Assembly (NCBI GenBank): GCA_963816395.1
Contig: CAWFKQ010000009.1
Span: 96,001 to 160,000 of the forward strand
Length of the DNA stretch: 64,000 bases
Reading direction: 5' to 3'
Source of the DNA: an uncultured delta proteobacterium
Lineage (GTDB): Bacteria; Desulfobacterota; Desulfuromonadia; Desulfuromonadales; JACZKF01
Shown here: one piece after another, positions 57,011-64,000 of the stretch
Layout of the letters: the number at the start of each line of letters is the position of its first letter
How positions within the stretch are numbered: position 1 is the stretch's first letter
Program-made: the position numbers and the translations under genes
The notes under the pieces: model-generated
What the model saw: the letters and a program-made list of their open reading frames with translations, nothing else
Told to the model about the DNA's origin: nothing
Databases searched by the model: none

Positions 57011-58698
57011 GTGCCAACGACCACCGAAAATACACCAGCAGCGAATTTCATTCGCAATATCGTCAGCGAAGATCTGCGGAGCGGTCGGCGCGACCGGGTG
57101 GTGACCCGCTTTCCGCCGGAGCCGAACGGTTATCTGCACATCGGCCATGCCAAATCGATCTGCCTCAACTTCGGCCTGGCCGCCGCTTTCGGCGGCCGCT
57201 GTCATCTGCGCATGGACGACACCAATCCGGAGAAGGAGAGCTGTGAATACGCCGAGGCGATCCAGGAAGCGGTGCGCTGGCTCGGTTTCGATTGGGGCGA
57301 ACACCTCTATTTCGCCTCCGATTACTACGAGCGGCTTTACCAGTGGGCCGAGGAACTGATCCGGACCGGCAAGGCCTATGTCGACAGCCTCAATGCCGAG
57401 CAGGTCCGGGAATATCGCGGCACCCTCACCGAGGCGGGTCAGGAGAGTCCCTGCCGGAACCGCCCGCCAGCGGAAAATCTGGACCTGTTCCGCCGCATGC
57501 GAGGCGGCGAATTCGCCGACGGCAGCCATACCCTGCGGGCGAAAATCGACATGGCTTCGCCCAACCTCAACCTGCGCGACCCGGTGCTCTATCGGATTCA
57601 GCGCCTGCCGCACTACCGCACCGGCGATTCCTGGTGCATTTACCCGATGTACGATTTTGCCCACCCGCTCTCGGATGCCATCGAGGAAGTAACCCATTCC
57701 ATCTGCACCCTGGAATTTGAGGACCACCGCCCCCTTTACGACTGGTTCATCGAAAACCTGACGGTCCCGGCCCGTCCTCAGCAGATCGAATTCGCCCGAC
57801 TCAATCTCACCTACACCATGATGAGCAAGCGCAAGCTGCTGGAACTGGTCAGCCGGGGCAAGGTCAGCGGCTGGGACGATCCCCGCCTGCCGACCCTGGC
57901 CGGCCTGCGGCGGCGTGGCTATACGCCGGAGGCGATCCGTTCCTTCTGCGAGCGCATCGGAGTGGGCAAGACGGAGAGCTGGATCGAAATGAGCGTTCTC
58001 GAAGATTGCCTGCGCGACGACCTGAACCGCCGGGCACCGCGGGCGATGGCGGTGCTGCGGCCGCTGCGGGTGGTGATCGACAACTACCCGGAAGGGCAGG
58101 AAGAGGAGTTCGAGGCGCCCAACCACCCCGGTGCGCCGGAAATGGGAAGCCGGCCGGTGAAATTCTCCCGTGAGCTGTACATCGAACAAGACGATTTCCT
58201 GGAAGATCCGCCCAAGGGATATTTCCGTCTCGCGCCCGGACGGGAGGTGCGGCTGCGTTTCGCTTATGTCATCCGCTGCGAGCGGGTGGTGCGGGATGCG
58301 GGCGGTCACATCGTGCAGCTCCACTGCACCTATGATCCGGCGACGCGCGGCGGCGCCAATCCGGAAGGGCGCAAGGTCAAAGGGACCATTCACTGGGTTT
58401 CGGCGGCCCATGCCCAGGAGGCGGAGGTGCGCCTGTACGACCGGCTGTTCACCGTTCCCAATCCCGGCGGCAACAAGGATGTCGATTACCAGGCCTCTCT
58501 CAACCCCCCTCCCTGGAAGTGCTGACCGGCTGCAGGATCGAACCATGGCTGACAAAGGCGCTGCCGGAGAGCCGGTTCCAGTTTGAACGACTCGGCTATT
58601 TCTGCGTCGACGCCAAAGATGCCGTCCCCGGCCAAGCGGTATTCAACCGGTCGGTCACCCTGCGCGACTCCTGGACCAAAAGCGGCCGGGGAGAGTGA
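57011..58698 (+). CDS. glnS: Glutamine--tRNA ligase; apparent indels near the 3' end (~58510, ~58560)
   Basis: [30 protein letters not shown] and KGTIHWVS; shifted-frame [12 protein letters not shown]...[11 protein letters not shown]. Confidence 0.93.
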
Positions 58699-58976
58699 CG
58701 CCCGAAGAGCCCTTCGATCCGCCTCCGCCCATCAGTTTCAGAAAAAGAGCGCTCCGCAGCTTAAGCTGCGGTGCCGGGCAGTAATCGCCCATCAATTGGA
58801 GGGGCATCACCTGGCGTCCGGCCAGATTCAGGAAAATTGAGAGCAACTTTCTTTGTGCCGCCGCGGCAAGACGAGGACGAACGGCGGAAAGCGGCCGGGA
58901 AAGAAAACCGCATGAACTTTGAGATATTCCCATCTTCCGTCCCCCGCCCCCTCCCGACCACCATGGTACTTTCGCG

Positions 58977-60813
58977 ATGAAGAAAATCCTGCGGGTATTT
59001 ATCGCCAGTCTCGATCCTCTGCTGGCCGAGTCCTTGACCACCTTGGTGACCAGTGCCGGCCATGAGCCGGAGATTCTGACCGGCCCCTGTTTCCAGGCCG
59101 TCCGCGAGCGGACGCCGGATCTCCTTCTGCTTGATCTCGCCGGGGAGGAAGACTGGAAAAGATCTGCTGCGACGACTGGTGCGTCACCGGCTCACCGTTC
59201 GCACGGCGGTCATCGTCCTGTCGCAGCGCGCGGATCTGGAATATGAAATGATCGATGCCTTCGATTTTCTGACCCGCCCTCCCGAGCCCCGGCAGCTGTA
59301 GGAGGATCTGGCGCTTCTGGCTGAAAAGCAGGAAGGCGGCCAGAGTACATCCCCTCAGCCACTGGAAGCCGGCGAGGCCCGGTTCTTTCAGGACTTCCTC
59401 CATCTGCACGCTGGCCTGCATTTTGACCAGAAAAACCTACGGATGCTGGAACGGGGTCTGCACCGCCGTATGCAGGCGGTCCAGGCCCACGACTACTCCA
59501 GCTATTTTCGCTACCTGGAAAGGCATTACGAAAGGCGGGGAGAGCTGAAGAAGCTTCTCAGCCTGTTGACCATCGGAGAAACCTACTTTTTCCGCTATCG
59601 CTCCGACCGCGAAGCCCTGGTGCAGCATGTCCTCCCGGAGTTGATCCGTCACCGGAGCGCCGAGCGCAGCCTGCGCATCTGGTCGGCGGGATGTTCGACG
59701 GGCGAAGAGCCCTATTCAATCGCCATTCTCCTGCTGGAGCATTTTCCGCAGCTTGCCGATTGGAACATCGATATCCTCGCCACCGATATCAACAAGCGTT
59801 CCCTACGCCAGGCCCGGCAGGGGATATATCGTGCCCATGCCCTGCGGCTGACGGCCGGCCCCTACCGGGAAAAGTATTTCTCCCCTCTCGGAGACGACCT
59901 GTTCATGCTCAATCCCCGGGTCCGCCGTCTGGTCCGTTTCGCCTACCACAATCTGCAGGCAGCTGAATCCCCCATTGGCAACAGCGCGCAAAAACCGGAT
60001 CTGATCTTTTGCCGCAATGTGTTGATATATTTCCGCCGGGAAACTTTCGGAAAGATCATCGAACAGTTTCACCGTTATCTGGAGCCGGGGGGCTATCTCT
60101 TCCTCGGCCATGCGGAGAGCCTTGCCGGAACCGATCTTTTCCGCCGGACCCACCAGCAGGGTGCTTTCTTCTATCAGCGCCAGGACCTCCCGAAGCCGGA
60201 TGGCGCGCAGTCCCTTGCCTCTGATTCCACTCCCGCTGCCGATCCGCTGGGGAAGATGCCGAAGCTCTTACCGGCGCCCCTTCGGCCGGAGGTAAAACGG
60301 CCGAATCCCGCCGATCTCCTGCGGCTTGCCCGAGAGGCCTTCGACCGGGAGGATTTTGCCGGCGCAAGCAGCCTGTTTGCCGAGATCCTCCAGTCTTTTC
60401 CCGAACATGTCGATGCACTGATCGGGCAGGGCCTGATCCTGGCCAATCAGGGGCGCTACCAGGAGGCCCGCCAGCTCTGTGCCAGGGCCATTCGCTTCAA
60501 TGATCTCTGCCCGGAGGCCTATTTGCTGCGCGGCTTGATCCTCGATATGGAGGAGGAGCCGGAACGGGCCGCAGTCGAATACCAGAAGGTCCTCTGGCTG
60601 CAGATGGATTTCATCATGCCGCGCTATTACCTGAGCAAGCTTCACCGGCGCCTGGGGCGGACAACGGAGGCGATCCGGGAATTGCGGACTGTAATGCGTC
60701 AGCTGCAGAAGCTGGATCCGGAGGCGGTACTGCCCTTTTCCGGCGGTCTGTCGCGCGAGGTTTTTCTGGAGATCTGTCGGGAGGAGCTGGCAAGAATGTC
60801 TCCCGATTATTGA
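58977..60813 (+). CDS. cheR: CheR methyltransferase with N-terminal receiver-like domain and C-terminal TPRs; one apparent indel (~59150) and an in-frame TAG (59299)
   Basis: TIGETYFFR, RIWSAGCSTGEEPYS, ATDIN, IFCRNVLIYF and LGHAES motifs, TPR tail, and upstream PDLLLLD...VIVLS...DFLTRP. Confidence 0.85.
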
Positions 60814-60946
60814 GGTATGCCCGGAAAGCCGGTTCTCGGTGGATGATTGTTTTAATTGCAATTAACTATATTTTTCTCTTCTTCCGAGGAGAATACCTCG
60901 ACCCCCTTTCTGCTGGCAACCCTACGCAAAACAGGGATTTAATTCA

Positions 60947-60976
60947 TTGACATGAAATAGAACAAGATTATAGGAT
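60947..60976 (+). promoter_or_regulatory. Putative sigma70 promoter of the response regulator-cheW-mcp-cheA unit
   Basis: TTGACA-N18-TAGGAT in an AT-rich spacer. Confidence 0.45.
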
Positions 60977-61130
60977 TAACCCGGATCCCCTCTCTTTTGC
61001 CTACCGTGGCGTGCCGCCAAAAAGATCTGTCTACTGCCGCAGCCCCGGGCAAAATGACCAATCGTTTTTCAACCTGCCGAGCTCACCGGCCTGGCACTCA
61101 CCCACCCGCTCAAGCCAATGGAGCCCCTCT

Positions 61131-61502
61131 ATGGCAAAACGCATAGTCATTATCGATGACAGCCAGCTGGTGCTGGCCATGGCCGCCGATATTCTCAAAG
61201 GAGCCGGCTACGATGTCTTCGCCACCGACAGCGGCATAGAGGCCAACCAGTACATCTATTCCGTGCAGCCGCCGGATCTGATCCTGATCGATGTCATGAT
61301 GCCCTTGCTGAACGGCGACCGGAAGGTGCGACTGCTGAAGGAGCGGGAGAAAAGCCGGGCTATTCCCGTGGTGCTGATGTCGAGCAAGCCGGAAGAGGAG
61401 CTGCAGAACCTGGCCCGGGAATCGGGAGCGGACGGTTATATCCGCAAGCCCTTCAAGCCGCAGGCGTTCCTCGAGCAGGTGGAACGTTTTCTGAACTCCT
61501 GA
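61131..61502 (+). CDS. Single-domain response regulator (CheY-like)
   Basis: IIDDS, LILIDVMMP, LMSS and YIRKPF motifs. Confidence 0.92.
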   Translation: MAKRIVIIDDSQLVLAMAADILKGAGYDVFATDSGIEANQYIYSVQPPDLILIDVMMPLLNGDRKVRLLKEREKSRAIPVVLMSSKPEEELQNLARESGADGYIRKPFKPQAFLEQVERFLNS

Positions 61503-61507
61503 CCGCC

Positions 61508-62053
61508 ATGAACAGACACTCGACCTACGACATCGGTAAAATCCTCAGTGAAATGCGGGAAGAATACCGCCGCGGCATCGAGGAGACCGGCGAGGCTGCG
61601 GCAGAAACCGGGGATTTCCTGGTGTTCCGCCTTTCGGGGGAGCGTTTCGGGGTGCCGACCGCAACCGCCAGGGAGGTCTTGCGCCTGCCGAAGCTGGTGC
61701 GCGTGCCGCGGGTTCCCGAGTCGATTCAGGGGGTGATCAATCTGCGCGGGCAGATCGTTGCCGTTACGGATCTGCGGCCGCTGCTCGGTCTGGCCGGACG
61801 GGAGATTCCCGCCGCCGCCCGGCTCATCGTGGCGGAGGCAGCGGGACTGACCACTGCCCTGCTGGCGGAACAGGTGGATGGGATCCGCTCCCTGCCGCTT
61901 GACGCTATCGAACCCCTGACTTCCGGCCTGCCCGGTTTTCCGCGGGAAGCGGTGGCCGGGCAGGTGGCTGTGGACGGGGGTTTTCTGATCCTGCTCGATC
62001 TGGCACATATCCTCTCCCGTCCGGAAATGGTCATCGATCAGCAAGGCGAGTAG
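61508..62053 (+). CDS. cheW: Chemotaxis adaptor CheW
   Basis: FLVFRLSGERFGV, VPRVP and GVINLRGQIVAVTDL motifs. Confidence 0.93.
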   Translation: MNRHSTYDIGKILSEMREEYRRGIEETGEAAAETGDFLVFRLSGERFGVPTATAREVLRLPKLVRVPRVPESIQGVINLRGQIVAVTDLRPLLGLAGREIPAAARLIVAEAAGLTTALLAEQVDGIRSLPLDAIEPLTSGLPGFPREAVAGQVAVDGGFLILLDLAHILSRPEMVIDQQGE

Positions 62054-62095
62054 GCCGCTCCGGCCGTCGTCTTCCATTCCTTTTTTGAGGGTGTC

Positions 62096-63874
62096 ATGTA
62101 TCACTGGTTGACGGACCGGATTTCGAAGAAGATCGTTGTCACCCTGATTCTCGTGCTGACGTTGATCATGGCCCTATTCACCCACCTGCTGACCCAGCAC
62201 CGGGGTGAGGTTCTGCGCCAGCAGCTCTTGACCAAGGCGCGCACCATGGCCCTGGTGGGCGCCCGGATGATGCAGCGGGTGCTGGAAGACGGCATCGACA
62301 GCGGCCGTTTCACCCGCGAGGAGATCTTCGATACCAATTATCGTCCAATTACCGAAGGATCTCTCGCCGGGGCGGCGATTCCCAAATATCATACCGCCTA
62401 CGATACCTACCTGGACCAGAAAATCGCCGAGATCCAGGACACCTTCGTCAACGAAGACAGCATGGTGGCATTCGCCGTGCTGGTCGATCGTAACGGCTAC
62501 CTGCCGACCCACAACAGCCGCTATTCCCTGCCTCTTACCGGCGATCCCGAGAAGGACAAGACCGGAAACCGCACCAAACGGATTTTCAATGATCCGACCG
62601 GTCTTGCCGCCGCCCACTACGACGGCAAGGATGGCCAGAAGATCCTGCGGCAGATCTATCGCCGCGATACCGGGGAGACGATGTGGGACATTTCGGCACC
62701 GGTCTTCGTCAAGGGAGAACACTGGGGAGCGTTCCGCATCGGCTTCTCCATCCGCGAGATCGATCAGACGATTGCCAGCCTGCGCAATACGGTGGGCTTT
62801 TCGATGCTGGCGGTGCTGCTGGTCGCCTCCCTGACCATTTTCCTGGTGGTGGGGTGGGTGACCCGGCCCCTGAAGCGGCTGACCGAAGTGGCCGACCGGA
62901 TCGCCGAAGGCCAGTTGGATGAGACGATCAGCATCGATTCCCGGGACGAAATCGGCAAGCTGGCTCGGGCGCTGAATAAAATGACCCAGGTCATCCTCAA
63001 GAATCTTCGCGCCGAGATCGACAGAAGCACGCGCCTGGTGGCCACGGTCAAGGAGGCGATTCAGCAGCTGTCCTCGAGCGCCAACGAGATCATGGCCATC
63101 GCCTCCCAGCAGTCCTCCGGCGCCACCCAGCAGGCCTCGGCGGTGCAGGAGGCTACCACCACCTCGGAAGAGATCGCCGTTACCGCCAAGCAGGTGGCGG
63201 AAAATTCCCGCCGGGTGGAAGGGATGGCGGAACAGGCGAGCATCGCCGGCAACCGCGGCATGGAAGCGATGGAAGAGGCGATCGGGGGGATGGACCAGCT
63301 CAAAGGGCAGGTCCTGTCGGTGGCCGAAGCGATGCTCGGGCTGGGGGAAAATTCGCAGAAGATCGGCGGCATCATCGACATCATCGACGAAATATCCGAT
63401 CAGACCAATCTGTTGGCGCTCAATGCCGCCATCGAAGCGGCCGGGGCGGGAGAAGCAGGAAAACGTTTTTCCATTGTCGCCAGCGAGGTGAAGCGCCTGG
63501 CGGAGCGAACCGCCGACGCCACAGGGCAGATCAAGGGCCTGATCGGTGAGATTCAACGCGCCACCAACAGCACCATCATGCTGACCGAAGAGGGAACCAA
63601 GGGCGTGGACGCGGCCAGTACCCTGGTGGGCAATATCTCGGAGGCGCTGAAAAACATCCTGCACATGGTGAATGAAACCACCGAGGCGGCACGGGAGATC
63701 AAGCTTTCCACCCAGCAGCAGACCACCGCCAGCGAACAGATGGCGGAGACCATCGCCGAAGTGCGTGATGTAGCAACTCAGGTGGCGGCCAGTGCCGAGG
63801 AGACCGCGCAGTCGATCGCCGAGCTGACCTCCCTGACCGAGCGCCTGAAGGATTTGGCGGAGGATGAGGGTTAG
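62096..63874 (+). CDS. Methyl-accepting chemotaxis protein (2 TM, periplasmic sensor, HAMP)
   Basis: Two TM segments, HAMP (RPL..L...DEIG.L..A.N.M) and hairpin tip QTNLLALNAAIEAAGAGEAGKRFSIVA.EV..LA. Confidence 0.95.
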   Translation: MYHWLTDRISKKIVVTLILVLTLIMALFTHLLTQHRGEVLRQQLLTKARTMALVGARMMQRVLEDGIDSGRFTREEIFDTNYRPITEGSLAGAAIPKYHTAYDTYLDQKIAEIQDTFVNEDSMVAFAVLVDRNGYLPTHNSRYSLPLTGDPEKDKTGNRTKRIFNDPTGLAAAHYDGKDGQKILRQIYRRDTGETMWDISAPVFVKGEHWGAFRIGFSIREIDQTIASLRNTVGFSMLAVLLVASLTIFLVVGWVTRPLKRLTEVADRIAEGQLDETISIDSRDEIGKLARALNKMTQVILKNLRAEIDRSTRLVATVKEAIQQLSSSANEIMAIASQQSSGATQQASAVQEATTTSEEIAVTAKQVAENSRRVEGMAEQASIAGNRGMEAMEEAIGGMDQLKGQVLSVAEAMLGLGENSQKIGGIIDIIDEISDQTNLLALNAAIEAAGAGEAGKRFSIVASEVKRLAERTADATGQIKGLIGEIQRATNSTIMLTEEGTKGVDAASTLVGNISEALKNILHMVNETTEAAREIKLSTQQQTTASEQMAETIAEVRDVATQVAASAEETAQSIAELTSLTERLKDLAEDEG

Positions 63875-64000
63875 TGGACAGCCGCCGCTACATTGAGGTC
63901 TTCGCCCGCGAGGCCGAGGAGCACCTGCAGATCCTGCGCGATGGTTTTCTGCTGCTGGAAAAGGAGGGATTGGCCGCGCCGCTGGTGCAGGAGCTGCTGC
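63874..64000 (+). CDS. cheA: CheA histidine kinase, N-terminal HPt domain (partial)
   Basis: GTG overlapping the MCP stop; manual translation MDSRRYIEVFAREAEEHLQILRDGFLLLEKEG...VQELL is typical of an HPt start. Confidence 0.78.
   Translation, partial: MDSRRYIEVFAREAEEHLQILRDGFLLLEKEGLAAPLVQELL

Noticed and set aside
59299..59301. Pyrrolysine or genome-wide amber recoding as the explanation for the in-frame TAG
   Set aside because: TAG is the normal stop of folE2, nhaD, hrcA, carD, cheW and the MCP at their expected ends, and no pyl genes are in the window.
60814..61130. Cyclic-dinucleotide (GEMM) riboswitch before the chemosensory genes
   Set aside because: Only an ACGCAAA fragment is present, upstream of the putative promoter, without the paired GNRA/receptor stems.

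Overview
This is the chromosomal replication-origin region of a high-GC deltaproteobacterium. Gene order and protein style suggest Desulfuromonadales (Desulfuromonas/Pelobacter/Geobacter-like), which is an inference. Left of oriC on the minus strand: rpmH-rnpA-yidD-yidC-mnmE-(parS)-mnmG-rsmG-parA-parB. Right of it: dnaA-oriC-dnaN-recF-gyrB-gyrA-TPR-gpsA-ppiA-EEP-nth, PBP1A, a di-heme lipoprotein cytochrome c-pyk-queC-folE2-DUF2064 run, ilvA, tolQRAB-pal-cpoB, two divergent cation/H+ antiporters (CBS-fused and PTS-EIIA-fused), a cmoA + ICMT/LmtA-like methyltransferase pair, comM, trxB, a CDF transporter, a nitrilase-family gene, nhaD, hemW-CIRCE-hrcA-grpE-dnaK-dnaJ-lpoA-like, carD-ispD-ispF-glnS, and the start of a Frz/Wsp-like chemosensory cluster. 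About 20 genes, many essential, are split by small indels. These are most likely long-read consensus errors, so the genes are called as CDS with joined coordinates. The best candidate for an undescribed system is the translationally coupled, AT-richer cassette of carboxy-SAM synthase (cmoA) and a membrane ICMT/LmtA-type transferase with no adjacent cmoB, suggesting carboxymethylation of a lipid or envelope substrate. Also notable: two near-identical DnaA-box triplets outside oriC, a Bacillus-type DnaA-trio unwinding module, an intrinsic terminator between the CIRCE promoter and hrcA, and a REC-CheR-TPR fusion. No rRNA, tRNA, CRISPR array or transposase was seen.
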